Assembly (NCBI GenBank): GCA_030704615.1
Contig: CM060731.1
Span: 95,294,001 to 95,358,000, forward strand
Source of the DNA: Takakia lepidozioides
Lineage: Eukaryota; Plantae; Bryophyta
Length of the DNA: 64,000 nt
Direction of reading: 5' to 3'
The notes beneath the pieces are model-generated. The model did no database searches and was not told where the DNA came from. It saw only the letters and a list, made by a program, of their open reading frames with translations. How positions within the stretch are numbered: the stretch's first letter is position 1; each line of letters opens with the position of its first letter. The position numbers and the translations under genes are program-made. Shown piece after piece: positions 14,009 to 28,094 of this stretch.

Positions 14009-14736
14009 TGTTGCGGCCCTTTGCCTTGAGGGCAGGGGGTCGGGACACATGAGGGGCTGCCCCTGTGGTGGGGGCAGCGGCAGCGATAGGTATGGGGGCT
14101 GAAGCACCCTTGAATGCCCAAGGCACTCAAGGAGGCAGAGGCGCTCACTAGGTGGAGCCCCGCACACCGGGTTGCGGTGGGGGTGGCTCCACAAGGGGTG
14201 GTGGTAGCTTAGCGGGACTTAGTGGGGGTGGCATAGGACTCACCATGGGGGCGGAGACCTCGTGGTGGGAGTCGTGGGGAGTCTTGGGACTCATCACGGT
14301 CCATAGGGGCCGTGGTGAGTGGGCCAAGACTCACCGCGACTCATCACCGGGAGTCGAGGGTTTTCGTGGTGGTTCGCCATAAAATGGCATGGCTGGTTGT
14401 GAAACCCCCGCGGACAGCTACAGAAGTATATAAAGGGGGAGTAGTGACCCCGAGAACGGTGCAAGCCCGTTGGTGACCAAAAACTAGTGAGTAAGCGAGC
14501 GAGCCGGAAAGCGACCAAAGAGTGGGGAGTTGTTCCGGACTGCCATCTACCAAAGGGAATTCTCCTAGGCCCAAATAGGTTGAGGGTTTAGTGGGAAGCG
14601 AAGGGGGGACCGTTATGTCCCGGTGAGCAGGCGAAGCTCCAAGTTGGCCCGGGCGGCCAGGTTGGGAGTCAGGCGCGCGCATCAAAGCGAGTAACTATGA
14701 CTTGAAGGGGAGCTTACCGAAGTGGGGTGCGCGACA
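14009..14736 (+). repeat. Full LTR (second sub-type) at the 3' end of the A1 internal region
   Basis: TGTTGCGG...GCGCGACA. Confidence 0.93.
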
Positions 14737-15311
14737 CCCGCACACCGGGTTGCGGTGGGGGTGGCTCCACAAGGGGTGGTGGTAGCTTAGCGGGACTTAG
14801 TGGGGGTGGCATAGGACTCACCCTAGGGCGGAGATCTCGTGGTGGGAGTCGTGGGGAGTCTTGGGACTCATCACGGTCCATAGGGGCCGTGGTGGGTGGG
14901 CCAAGACTCACCGCGACTCATCACCGGGAGTCGAGGGTGTTCGTGGTGGTTCGCCATAAAATGGCATGGTTGTTTGTGAAACCCCCGCGGACAGCTACAG
15001 AAGTATATATAGGGAGTAGTAAACCGGAGAACGGTGCAAGCCCGTTGGTGACCAAAACCTAGTGAGTAAGCGAGCGAGCTGGAAAGCGACCAAAGAGTGG
15101 GGAGCTGTTCCGGACTGCCAACTACCTAAGGGAATTCCACTGGTTTGAAATCGTTGGAGGGTTCTTTGGGAGATCAAAGGGGGGACCGTTATGCCCCGGT
15201 GAGCAGCCGGAGCTCCAAGTTGGCCCGGCGGCCAGGTTGGGAGTTAGGCGCACGCATCAAGCGAGTAACTATGACTTGAGGAGAGAGCTTACCGAAGTGA
15301 GGTGCGCGACA
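14737..15311 (+). repeat. 5'-truncated third LTR abutting the previous LTR
   Basis: Begins at internal CCCGCACACC and ends GCGCGACA; same sub-type as 8183-8909. Confidence 0.9.
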
Positions 15312-17178
15312 CAACCGGTAGGGTGCCTTGGTAGGCGGCTCCGATCCCGGTATCACCTCAATCTTGTGGTCAACTCCCCTTCGCGGTGGCAAGCCGCTTG
15401 GTAAATCCTCCGGCATCACATCCCGGTATTTCTCCAAGATCCCTTTGATCCAATCTGAGCTCGGCTCCCTATTCCCTTCTCCCTTCACTTGTCTTATGTA
15501 AAGCAAAAATTGGGGCTCGTGTGACTCCTCCATGGCCCACTCCCTTGCTGACAGAAGGTTTATTCGCCCTCCCACGGGGTGGGGCATTTCCGACACTCGT
15601 AAAACTTCGCCACCATTCCCACACATTAGCGTGACTACTCTCTTGCGGCCATTTATGACCGCTCCGGATTTGCTCAAAAAGGTCATCCCCAAAATGAGAT
15701 CCACTCCATTGATCTTGCAAATGGTGAAGTTCTTACATCCCTACCAACTCCCCAGTTGAAGAGGAACATCGAACACCAACTTCGTCGCCAATTGTGATTC
15801 TCCTTTGGCAGAACGCACCTCAATAGAGGCCCCCACATCACTTGTCGGGAGTCCTAGCTTTCGTGCCGTTGCCGGTGTCATGAAGGAGTGCAACGCTCCT
15901 GTGTCCACCAACAACGACACGTTAGTTCCGGAGATTATCCCACTCACAAACATTAACTGACTCCCTTTACGCAGGGCGCCAGTTTCTTGATACAACTCAC
16001 AAGAATAGTTGCCTACCTTGTAAGTCTTGGCGACCACCGCTTCCACCAAGCGGCTGATGGAATCTTCCGACAGCTCTATGGTTGCCCGAGTCATGTTCAA
16101 TTTGTCGGGGATTTACGCACTTCTTAGCCATGTGCCCGGGCTCCCCGCAATTAAAGCACACTCCATCAAAGGTCGCCTTTTGTCCGCCATAAGCCGTCGC
16201 ACCTGATTTTCCTTTCGGAGCACCGGGTGTCGTCTTGGCGTGTGAAGGCCCTCCCTTTGATTTCCACGTGCCATTGTCACCGCGTGGCCTATCCCACTTC
16301 TTTTCCGGTCGAAATGAGTCACCCTCCCGCCGGGTCTTCTTGTGGTTCAGCTCCGTACGGCCTTGTCTTTCGCCCCTAGGGACATCCGAGAAACATTCAG
16401 CCCTCTCAATTGCCTCGTTCAAAGTCTTAGGTGGCTTCTCCTCCAACTTCCGCCTGGCCCATGGGGCCAGTCCCACCACAAAGTTGAAGACCATTTTTGG
16501 TTTTGCCATGTCCGCGACTTCGAGCAACAGCACATTGAAAGCCTGAACATATCCCCGAATGTCATCCGTTTGCTTCAGATTACTCATCTTGTCTCGGGCA
16601 AGCCAGGATGTGTTGAGGGGCACAATTTGTCTCTTCATCAATTCCTTGAACCCACTCCAGTTCAAGGTTTTCGGGTTTGGACCTCGGTCATGAAGGCGTT
16701 TCTGCCACCATTGTTGAGCATAGCCCCTCAAATAGGTGGGAGCCACTTCCACCCGATCCTCGTCACTCAACTTGGCTGCCTGGAAGTACTGCTCTAGCTC
16801 CAAGAGCCAGGTATTGAGTGCCTTCCAATTTTGGACGCCCTCGAAGGTGCTGCGTTCCTTAGGCTTCACCTTAAACTTTGCCTTAGTGGAAGTGGCATTA
16901 GCCGCCTTCAACACGTCTTTCAACGTCCCGCCAAACTGCGCCAACAACCCTTCCCAAAAGGCTGCTGGCATGGGAGGCATCCGTTGGTCTGTCGGAGCTC
17001 TCTGGAATTCCTCGGGCTTTGACTCCTCAGATTCCTCCCGATCTTGAGCGGCCTTGTTTTCAAAAGCATGCATCGCTTCCTCAAACGGCCGCTTCGGTGA
17101 CACGTTGCCCCCATCGGGCTCACCAGGAGCATCATCTTTCAGGCCGTTCCGCTTTTGCTTTGGCTTGCCCGACCCCAT
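15312..17178 (-). pseudogene. gag: gag and protease of copy A0
   Basis: ORFs 15997-17232, 15741-16100 and 15189-15704, with CFNCGEPGHMAKKC and LVDTGALHSF. Confidence 0.9.
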
Positions 17179-17233
17179 GATGAGGCCGATCCCAAGGATG
17201 ATCGCGTACTGAACTCTAAGCTCTGATACCAAG

Positions 17234-17959
17234 TGTCACGCACCTCACTTTGGTAAGCTCCCCTTCAAGTCATAGTTACTCGGTTTGATGAGCGCGCCTA
17301 ACTCCCAACCTAGCCGCCGGGCCAACTCGGAGCTTCAGCTGCTCACCGGGACATAACAGTCCCCCTTTTCTCCCCCAACAAACCCTCCACCAATTTGGGC
17401 CTAGTGGAAATTCCTTTTGGTAGTTGGCAGTTCGGAATAGCTCCCCACTTCTTGGACGCTTTCCGGCTCGCTCGCTTACTCACTAGTTTTTGGTCACCAA
17501 CGGGCTTGCACCGTTCTCGGGGTTACTACTCCCTATATATACTTCTGTGTCTGTCCATGGGGGTTTCACAAACAACCATGCCATTTTATGGTGAACCACC
17601 ACGAAGACCCTCTATTCCCGGTGATGAGTCGCGGTGAGTCTTGGCCCACCCACCACGGCCCCATTGGACCGTGGTGAGTCCCAAGACTCCCCACGACTCC
17701 CACCACAAGGTCTCCGCCCCATGGTGAGTCCTATGCCACCCCCACTAAGTCCCACTAAGCTACATCCACCCCTTGTGGAGCCACCCCCACCGCAACCTGG
17801 TGTGCGGGGCTCCACCTAGTGAGCGCCTCCGCCTCCTTGAGTGCCTTGGGCACTCAAGGGTGCTTCAGCCCCCCCGTACCTATTGCTGTCACTGCCCCCA
17901 CCATAGGGACAGCCCCTTTGCGTCCTGACCCCCTGCCCTTAAGGCAAAGGGCCGCGACA
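17234..17959 (-). repeat. 5' LTR of A0
   Basis: TGTCACGC...GCGACA next to the PBS. Confidence 0.93.
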
Positions 17960-18136
17960 CGCTTGGTCTTCATCTCCCAATTTTCTAAAGTATATGGATC
18001 AAGAGGCCGGGTGCAACGAGAGCCCCATCGTTAGTCGTCTGCTTGCAATCCATGATCTTCAATTGAGTATCCATGGCATTGAGCTCCCACCAGCTAGACC
18101 TTGGATCACTTGTCAACTACACCATTGTCATGCCCA

Positions 18137-18570
<434 letters not shown>

Positions 18571-18571
18571 T

Positions 18572-20897
18572 CTACTCTCTTGCGGCCACCTATGACCGCT
18601 CCGGATTTGCTCAAAAAGGTCATCCCCAAAATGAGATCCACTCCATCGATCTCGCAGATGGTGAAGTTCTCACGTCCCTCCCAACTCCCCAGTTGAAGAG
18701 GAACATCAAACGCCAACCTTGTCGCCAACTGAGGTTCTCCTTTGGCAGAGCGCACCTCAATAGAGGCCCCCACGTCACTTGTCAGGAGTCCCAACTTTCG
18801 CGCCGCCGCCGCCGTCATGAAGGAGTGCAACGCTCCTGTGTCCACCAACAACGACACGTTAGTTCCGGATATTATCCCATCCACGAACAATAACTGACTC
18901 CCTTTATGCAGGGCGCCAGTTTCCTGATACAACTCACAAGAATAGTTGCCTACCTTGCAAGTCCTGGCGACCACCGCTTCCACCAAGCGGCTGATGGTAT
19001 CTTCCGACAACTCCGTGGTTGCCCGAGTCATGTTCAATTGTCGAGGTTTTGTGCACTTCTTGGCCATGTGCCCGGACTCCCCGCAATTGAAACACACTCC
19101 ATCAAAGGTTGCCTTCTGTCCGCCATAAGCCGCTACACCCGCTTTTCCTTTCGAAGCACCGGGTGCCGCCTTGACGTGTGAAGGCCCTCCCTTCGATTTC
19201 CACGTGCCATTGTCGCCGCGTGGCCTATCCCACTTCTTTTCCGGTCGGAAGGAGTCACCTTCCCGCCGGGTCTTCTTGTGGTTCAGCTCCGTACGGCCTT
19301 GTCTCTCACCCTTAGGGACATCCGAGAAACATTCAGCCCTCTCAATTGCCTCGTTCAAAGTCTTGGGTGGCTTCTCCTCCAACTTCCGCCTGGCCCATGG
19401 GGCCAGTTCCGCCACAAAGTTGAAGACCATTTCTGGTTCTGCCATGTCCGCAACTTCGAGCAACAGCACATTGAAAGCCTGGACATACCCCCGAATGTCA
19501 TCTGTTTGCTTCAAATTCCTCATCTTGTCCCGGGCAAGCCAGGATGCGTTGAGGGGCACAAACTGTCTCTTCATCAATTCCTTGAACCCACTCTAGTTCA
19601 AGGTTTCCGGGCTTGGGCCTCGGTCGTGAAGGCGTTTTTGCCACCGTTGTTGAGCATAGCCCCTCAAATAGGTGGGAGCCACTTCCACCCGATCCTCGTC
19701 ACTCAACTTGGCTGCCCGGAAGTACTGCTCTAGCTCCAAGAGCCAGGTCTTGAGTGCCTTCCAATTTCGGACGCCCTCGAAGGTGCTGGGTTCCTTAGGC
19801 TTCACCTTAAACTTTGCCTTAGTGGAAGTGGCATTAGCCGCCTTCAACACGTCTTTCAACGTCCCGCCAAACTGCGCCAACAACCCTTCCCAAAAGGCTG
19901 CTGGCATGGGAGGCATCCGTTGGTCTGTCGGAGCTCTCTGGAATTCCTCGGGCTCTGACTCCTCTGATTCCTCCCGATCTTGAGCGGCCTTGTTTTCAAA
20001 AGCATGCATCGCTTCCTCAAACGGCCGTCTCGGTGACAAGTCGCCCCCATTGGGCTCACCAGGATCATCATCTTTTGGGCCGTTCCGCTTTCGCTTTGGC
20101 TTGCCCGACCCCATGATGAGGCCAATCCCAAGGACGATCGCGTACTGAACTCTAAGCTCTGATACCAAGTGTCGCGCACCTCACTTCGGTAAGCTCCCCT
20201 TCAAGTCATAGTTACTCGCTTTGATGCGCGCGCCTGACTCCCAACCTGGCCGCCGGGCCAACTTGGAGCCTCGGCTGTTCACCGGGGCATAACGGTCCCC
20301 CCTTTGTTCTCCCAAAGAACCCTCCACCGATTTGGAACCAGCGGGAATTCCCTTTGGTAGTTGGCAGTCCGGAACAGCTCCCCACTCTTTGGTCGCTTTC
20401 CGGCTCGCTCGCTTACTCACTAGTTTTTGGTCACCAACGGGCTTGCACCGTTCTCGGGGTTACTACTCCCTATATATACTTCTGTAGCTGTCCGCAGGGG
20501 TTTCACAACCAGCCATGCCATTTTATGGCGAACCACCAGGAAGACCCTCGATTCCCGGTGGTGAGTCGCGGTGAGTCTTGGCCCACTCACCACGGCCCCA
20601 ATGGACCGTGATGAGTCCCAAGACTCCCCACGACTCCCACCTCGAGGTCTCCACCCATGGTGAGTCCTATGCCACCCCCCACTAAGTCCCGCTAAGCTAC
20701 CACCACCCCTTGTGGAGCCACCCCCACCGCAACCCGGTGTGCGGGGCTCCACCTAGTGAGCGCCTCCGCCTCCTTGAGTGCCTTGGGCACTCAAGGGTGC
20801 TTCAGCCCCCGTACCTATCGCTGCTACTGCCCCCACCACAGGGGCAGCCCCTCTTGTGTCCCGACCCCCCCAGCCCTCAAGGCAAAGGGCCGCGACA
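18572..20897 (-). mobile_element. Chromovirus copy A2, 3'-truncated (5' LTR 20170-20897, PBS, gag, protease)
   Basis: LTR termini, PBS and ORFs 19593-20168 and 18531-19577. Ends abruptly in a fusion to PHD-Gypsy sequence. Confidence 0.9.
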
Positions 20898-23266
20898 ATC
20901 AAGGTTGAGGACTATTGCAGTCTCCCTGCGAATAGATGCAGGCAAATCTGGCTCTCGGCCAAAGAGAAGGAAATAAGGCGAGAATGAGGCAAGTGATGCT
21001 TGTTTGCTAAGCCTGTAGCCCATGGCCAACCAAGGTAGCTGAAGGTCTCTATCTCCTAAGTGTCCCTTCTGCAAGCCTCGCTTGACTGTTTGTACAACCC
21101 TCTCTGCCAGGCCATTAGCCTCGGGATGATCCCGAGAAGTAGTATGGTGATCTATCAAGGCTTGCTCACACAAAGCCTGAAACTCCCCCAAGAACTCTCT
21201 CCCCTGGTCCGTGAGTACCTCGGCTGGAGCACCAAATTGGCTAAGCACTCGATCTAAGAATTCATACGCAGCATCCTCACTTGCCTTGTCAGGCAATGCC
21301 ACCAGTTCAATCTACTTGGAGAAATGTTCCACCACCACCAGCATATACTTGTTATGGTGAATCGTTAGTGGCAATGGGCATGCAAAGTCAAGACTCCAAC
21401 GATAGCCCAAACCCATAATGGGTAAAGGATGCAATTGTAGAGTAGGTGCATTGAAAGAAGCCCGCACTCTATCACACACCATGCACCTTGCCACTAACTG
21501 TTGCACATCCATGTGCATGCCCCACCACCAGTACTGTCCTTGCAGCAAACTATGAGTACGTCGCACCCCAAAATGTCCCAACTTCTCATGGGCATGGCGT
21601 ATCAATTGCGCTTGTTGTGTTGGATGAGGCACAATCCTCTCTCGTCCATCCTCCCATACACGGAGTAGGTGAGTCCCCTCCCACTTGAACCTCTTGGCTC
21701 GTTGTAGGATCCGATCTCTCTCCTTAGCAGTCACACTGGCTGTTGTTTCTCCTGTACAAAGGTAGGCCAACACTGCTGCATCTTCATGCACATCCTTAGC
21801 ACCATCAAGCTCCTCACTGATCTCCGGATCATCATGCACACCATCTACAAGACCAATCCTATGGGATGGACCAGCTTGAGCTCCCATTGCTAGGATGCAC
21901 AAAAAGGCAGATGCATGCCATCCTGGCACCATCTCCTCATCCGTCTTACCATGCCACCGAGCTCTAGTATCATCATGCTTGCTCGTGCATGGATTACGAC
22001 TCAACCCATTTGCATCCCGATTGACTATACCGGCTCGATGCACCACCTAGAAGTCGTACTCTTGAAGCATAAGTACCCACCGTGCAAGCTTCCATGTAAG
22101 CTTGTCTGACTCCATCAACCACTTCAATGGTTGGTGATCCGTGATAAGGGTGAAGAGGTTGCCATAGAGGTAACATCTGAAATATGCCACTGCCCATACC
22201 GCAACTAGACACTCCCCTTCATATGTATACTTCGCCTCGGCATCATTGTTCGAGCGGCTGGCATATGCCACTACAAACTCTCTTCCCTTGTCATCCACCT
22301 GTGTGAGCACTCCTCCAATTCCCAGCATACTCCAATTCGTATGTAGCTAGAAAGGCCGCCCCCGAATAGGCCGCCTCAGAATAGGTGCAAAAGTCAATCG
22401 AGCCTTGAGTTCCTCAAAGGCTTCCTCCTGCTCCTCCTCCCACTGCCACTCCTGATCCACCTTGGTCAACTTGGTAAGAGCCTTTGAGGAATCCCTTGAC
22501 AAACCGTCGATAGTAGTTTGTCAACCCCATGAAAGCACGAACTCTGCTAACATCTATGGGGCGTGGAATGCGTGCAATGGCCTCCACCTTCGTCTTTTGA
22601 ACACCCAATCCTCCAGGGTATATCATGTGGCCCAGATACTCAATCTGGTTATGGAAGAACTTGCATTTCCCAGGGTGCAATTTCAACCCATGCGCTCTCA
22701 AGCGCTCAAATACCACCTGAAGGTGTCTCTCATGCTCCTCAACTGTAGCACTAAAGACTTTGATGTCATCAATGTAGCGCCGGGCAAAGTCTAGCCCCTC
22801 GAGAATCCTATCCATAACCCTCTGAAACTTTGCAGGAGCATTCTTCACCCCAAACGGTAGGAACCGCCATTGGTACAAGCAATCCTTCCCATGTTGGTTA
22901 ATCCCCTTTTGCTTGTCAGCATCTTTGATTGGCAACTGGTGGTAACCGGATCGCAAGTCCAATATGCTAAACACCTTTGCATGCCCAATGGCATCAAAGA
23001 TCTCCTCTAGAGTTGACATGACATATCTATCGGACTTAGTATGACGATTCACAGGACGATAGTCCCCACACATCCTTCTTTCTGTCCAATTGCCATAGAT
23101 ATCCTTCTTAGCTGGCATTACCGTTGCCGAGACATATTCCCCGCCTGACAACTCCACCAATCCAGCTTTGAACAGCTCCATAGTCCGTGACTGGATCAAT
23201 GACCTCTCCATGTCACTATACCGGTAGGGCCTTCGAAAAATTGGCGTGTCACTTGCCAAATCAATA
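20898..23266 (-). pseudogene. pol: pol (RT-RNase H-integrase) of the PHD-Gypsy
   Basis: HAHEKLGHFG..CMVC zinc finger, WSLDF, TDQGREF, NGLAER; in-frame stops. Confidence 0.9.
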
Positions 23267-23494
23267 CCGGAGTTGCACACGTCAGTGACGTCACGTCGGA
23301 CCTGACGCTGACGCGACCAACGTCACGTCAGTTTTTGCCGAAAAATCAGTAAAACATGAGTTAGGTGAAAAATATGTCACGTAGGTGGACACGTTGTATT
23401 CCAAGCGACACCTTGGCAAGTGAATGAATTGTTTTATAAATTACTCAATCCACCAATAGTTGAGGTCATTTTTAAATCATTATTGTTAAATTGG

Positions 23495-24050
23495 TGCGAC
23501 CTCCAAATGGTGGTGGTCGCAGAATTTATCTTATTTTTTAATAGTTGCGACCACCAGCAGAGGGGTTGTCGCAGCATTTTTTGTAAAAATAGATGCAACC
23601 ACCAGCAGGGGTGGTCGCATTTTTTTCTCTTCTTAAACAGTTGCGACCACCGCTACTGGTGGTCGCACAATTTTTTTTTAATTTGTAATAGGTGCGACCA
23701 CCATCAGGGGGGTGGTTGCAACATTTTTTTATTTTTTAATATCTGCGACCACTAGCATGGGGGTGGTCGCAACATTTTTCTGTTATTTTAATAGGTGCGA
23801 CCACCAGCAAGGGGGTGGTCGCAGATTATTTTTTTTAAATTTTTTTTCTTAATATTCTCTGTGACCACGAGCATAGGGGTGGTCGCAACATTTTTCTTTT
23901 TTTTAATAGGTGCGACCACCAGCATGGGGGTGGTCGCAGAAATTTTCTATTTGTTTAATAGGTGCGACCACCAGCAGGGGGGTGGTCGCAGAAATTTTCT
24001 GTTTTTTTAATAGGTGCGACCACCAGCATGAGGGTGGTCACAGCAGTTTT
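23495..24050. repeat. Array of hairpin TGCGACCACC-N6-9-GGTGGTCGCA with A/T-rich linkers, ~50-bp period
   Basis: About 11 directly visible copies. Confidence 0.92.
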
Positions 24051-24449
24051 TTTTAAAAAATAACATGCGACTTCCTCGTGCGATCTGGAACGGTCGCAGC
24101 ATTGGATCTGATTCGTCGAGCGTGTGAGGCTTGGAGGCTGGAGAGTATATAAGGTGGTCCCAATGCCCCTCACTTCTTTTGTGGCGAGTGAATGTTCTCT
24201 ATTCCTTGAGCAAGAGTGTAAGCCCAAGAGGAGGGTGCGGACCGTTTGCTGTTGTGGCTTCCACCAGAGCCACTGTAGCAAATTGTCGAAATGCACAATA
24301 CTACATGGTGCATTGATCCACTTGGATTGATGCCGTAGTGTTGGGCCATCGCATTCTGTTCTAACTTCTATTGCTCTTGACAAATCTACCAAGTACACTA
24401 GTGTTCTTCGTTCAACCTTAAGTTTGTGGTTAGGGTTTTGGGTGTGAGG

Positions 24450-27361
24450 ATGAGGGAGGAGTGGATCACTTGGTTCACCATAGACCCGCACAAAAAGGAC
24501 GGTGTTCAATGCAATATTTGTGCATTGAAGCTGGTGGGTCGCAAAGATCGCATGCTATATCACCTCGGCTACAGAGATGGGAAGAATGCAGGGGTTAGTT
24601 TGTGCCCAAAAGCCTTCATGCGAATGAAAGCCCACTTTGCCCAATGTGGAGGCAATATCCCACCGTCTCTTGATGTGGCCGCTGCTTCTGAGCCAAACAC
24701 TCCAGGTTCGAATCAAACTGTCCCTCAGAGTTGTACCCAGGGGGATTCTTGCGAGGCGTCTGTTGTTCGTGGAGAAGCCGATGGGTCAGGAGCAACACCC
24801 GATTGTACGCCAGCACTTGTACGGACCAGACCATTGAGACAACAATCAATGCAAGAAGGCTTAAATTTGTCGCACAGGAGGACTCTGGATAAGAAGTGGG
24901 CCCAATTTTTCTACGAGGCCAATATTTCGTTCAATGTCTCGAGACTTCCTGCGTTTGTGGCTGCTGTCAAAGCCACGTCCGATTCCAAGTCCACATACAC
25001 ACCTCCGAGTTATCGCGATCTCCACACATGATTGCTAGAAGAGGCTATGAAGGTGAATGAAAAGACAAGTGATTCTCTCCGGAAATATGGAAGCACTATA
25101 TGTGCGGACGGTTGGAGTTCTGTTACTAATCGACCACTGTTCAATGTCATGATGGTCTGTCCTGCGGGAGAACAATTTTTGGGATCCGTTGACACAAGCG
25201 GGGAGAGAAAAGATGCACGTTATCAAGCAGGGTTGTTGACGAGTTTCATCGATAAAATTGGAGCTGATAAAATTGTCCAAGTGTGCACGGACAATGCATC
25301 TAACATGGTTAATATGGCCGATATTTTGATGGTACGATATCCCCATCTATATTACCAAGGGTGTGCTGCTCATATCTTTGATCTCCTTTTGGAGGATTAG
25401 GGAAAAGAATCATGGATGAAACAACTAGTAAAAAGGGCAAAGTCGGTTGTGACACGTTCATTCATACACATCACATCCCTCTGGCATTGTTTAGAAAGCA
25501 TGAACCCAAATACAACCTTAGGAACCCGGGTGAAACCCGCTTTGCCACAAACTTTTTGATGATGGATCGACTGGTGACTGTGAGGGCGGGTCTGGAGCAG
25601 GTGATCATTGACCCTCAATGGGATGCGTATGTGGGCACCTTACGCAACTCTCGTAATTCCAAGTCTTTGAGCAAAAGTCGGAGGGTCCGCGTAATCATTC
25701 GCTCCGACGATTTCTGGGCGAAATGTACAAATTTTGTGTACATGGTGGAGCCGGTGTTGATTGCTTTGCGGGAGTTTGATGGAAAACAACCAATAATGGG
25801 TAAAACATGGTTGATATTGGAAAACCTTGAAAAACATGTGCAATCCTTGAGGCGTCCTCCATTTTCTATAGACGATGATTTGGCGGCAAGGACCGATGAT
25901 GCATTTTACGACCGCAAATGGATGGTTCGCACGGACTTGCATTATGCGGGGGCCTTGCTGAATCCATTCTTGCTGGACAATACAGATTTGAGAGACGATG
26001 TGGATGCCAAAGCCAGGCTTGTACGGGTCATCATGCAACTCACGCCCTTGAACATGGCAGAGCGAGTGTTGTCCGAGTACCAGTGCTTCTCGGATCGCCA
26101 GAATCCTTTCCATGACATGCCGGATCCAAAAGCAATGAACATGTTGCCACATGAATGGTGGGATCTGATTGGAGCTGGAACAAGAACGTTAGCTCCCATT
26201 GCAAAGCGTATTCTTGCTCAAGTGTGCTCTGCCTCGTCTTGTGAGCGGAACTGGAGCAGTTACTCGTTTGTTCACAACAAGATTCGCAACAGGTTGAATC
26301 TTGCCAGGGTTGACAAATTGGTGTATGCGAGAGAGGACAGCAAGTGACGCATCTGCATGGTACGAGAAGAATATGTTGTCTGAAGATCTGCCTTAGAGGT
26401 CCAATCTAGCAACAATGATGACACTGACGCCGCGAGGGACTCCGACTCCGACGGTTGGGATGGGTCCGATGATGTGGGCAATCCTCCACATGACCCATAT
26501 GAATTTAATGACGATGATGCTGCAATGCATCTATCCTTTGATGACCTTGTTGTTGATGAACTGTGACATGGTATCATCCCAATTGCGGACCCCCTTCCCC
26601 CAGTGGAGCACACTCTCAACAATGAAGTTGAGATCAACTCTCTCCCACCACGAGTTCCACGGACTGCGGGAGATGTGCAAGTCGAATAGTCGGATGATGA
26701 CAACCGGCCGTTGTCATTCCTTCACCGACATCGTGCCCCTGTGAACCGTGCTTCATCTCACGCCGCTCCATCTCATGTTTCTCTTTCTCAAGCCGGTCCA
26801 TCCCATGTTGGTCCATCTAGTCTCTCTCCCCCTCATGTAATTCATTCCATCGCTACTCTAATCCTGGGAGATGCTTCTTCTGCTGCGGGACTTCTGCAAG
26901 TCGAACCATCGGATGACGACGACCGACCATTGTCGTTTCATCTGGCCCGACGACGTCCGTATGTGAACCGTGCTCCATCGACCCTCGCTGGTCCATCTCA
27001 TGCCCCTTCCTCTCATGTCGGCCCCTATGATGTACGTGCGAGTAGCCTTCCTCATACGAGACTTGCTCCAAGGCCACCACGAAATCTGGGACAAGCCCAG
27101 AAACGGCAGAGAATTGTGCAACCTTTTGTTAGTGACCGACCTATGAACAGGCCTGATACCCTAGATGGTATTCATGATAGGAGTGGAAATCGACCAGAGA
27201 GACAACTGAACGTACTCCGAGGACGACTACAGGTTCAATGGCCAGTTGCCTCTGGAAACGAAAGAACAGATGGAGATCATGATTCTAGCACTGATCATGG
27301 GAACGGGGGTGAAGTGAGTGGGGACGAAGATTTTGTACTAGGCGTGAGATCATACCATCGT
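24450..27361 (+). pseudogene. hAT transposase (BED finger, DUF659-type core, hAT dimerisation domain, low-complexity tail)
   Basis: QCNIC..YHLG..CPK; ICADGWSS..RPLFNVM; QVCTDNASN; CAAHIFDL; ETRFAT; EWW..AKRILAQVCSASSCERNWS. Stops at ~25029 and ~25398. Confidence 0.92.
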
Positions 27362-28094
27362 TGTCGCGCACCTCACTTCGGTAAGCTCCCCTTCAAGTCA
27401 TACTTACTCGCTCTGATGCGCGCGCCTGACTCCCAACCTGGGCGCCCGGGCCAACTTGGAGCTTCGGCTGCTCACCAGGACATAACGGTCCCCCTTCGCT
27501 TCCCACTAAACCCTCCACCTATTTGGGACTAGGAGAATTCCCTTTGGTAGATGGCAGTCCGGAACAACTCCCCACTCTTTGGTCGCTTTCCGGCTCGCTC
27601 GCTTACTCACTAGTTTTTGGGCACCAACGGGCTTGCACCGTTCTCGGGATCACTACTCCCCTTATATATACTTCTGTAGCTGTCCGCGGGGGTTTCACAA
27701 CCAGCCATGCCATTTTATGGCGAACCACCACGAAAACCCTCGACTCCCGGTGATGAGTCGCGGTGAGTCTTGGCCCACTCACCACGGCCCCTATGGACCG
27801 TGATGAGTCCCAAGACTCCCCACGACTCCCACCACAAGGTCTCCCGCCCCCATGGTGAGTCCTATGCCACCCCCACTAAGTCCCGCTAAGCTACCACCAC
27901 CCCTTGTGGAGCCACCCCCACCGCAACCCGGTGTGCGGGGCTCCACCTAGTGAGCGCCTCCGCTTCCGCTTCCCTGGTGCCTGGGCACTCAAGGGTGCTT
28001 CAGCCCCCCATACCTATCGCTGCCGCTGCCCCCACCACAGGGCAGCCCCTCATGTGTCCCGACCCCCCTGCCCTCAAGGCAAAGGGCCGCGACA
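27362..28094 (-). repeat. 3' LTR of A3
   Basis: TGTCGCGC...GCGACA. Confidence 0.95.

Larger units (their letters stand above)
8183..15311 (+). mobile_element. Chromovirus copy A1 inserted antisense into A0; three-LTR composite; TSD CAAC
   Basis: Starts TGTCGCG at 8183 and ends CGCGACA at 15311. CAAC flanks both ends. The uninterrupted target GGCTCAACCGGTAGG is seen in copy A3 near 31695. Confidence 0.92.
4255..17959 (-). mobile_element. Ty3/Gypsy chromovirus (Galadriel-like) copy A0, interrupted by copy A1; 3' LTR truncated
   Basis: 5' LTR 17234-17959, PBS 17220-17231, gag-PR, RT-RH-INT-chromodomain remnants 5579-8182, partial 3' LTR 4255-4669. Confidence 0.9.
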
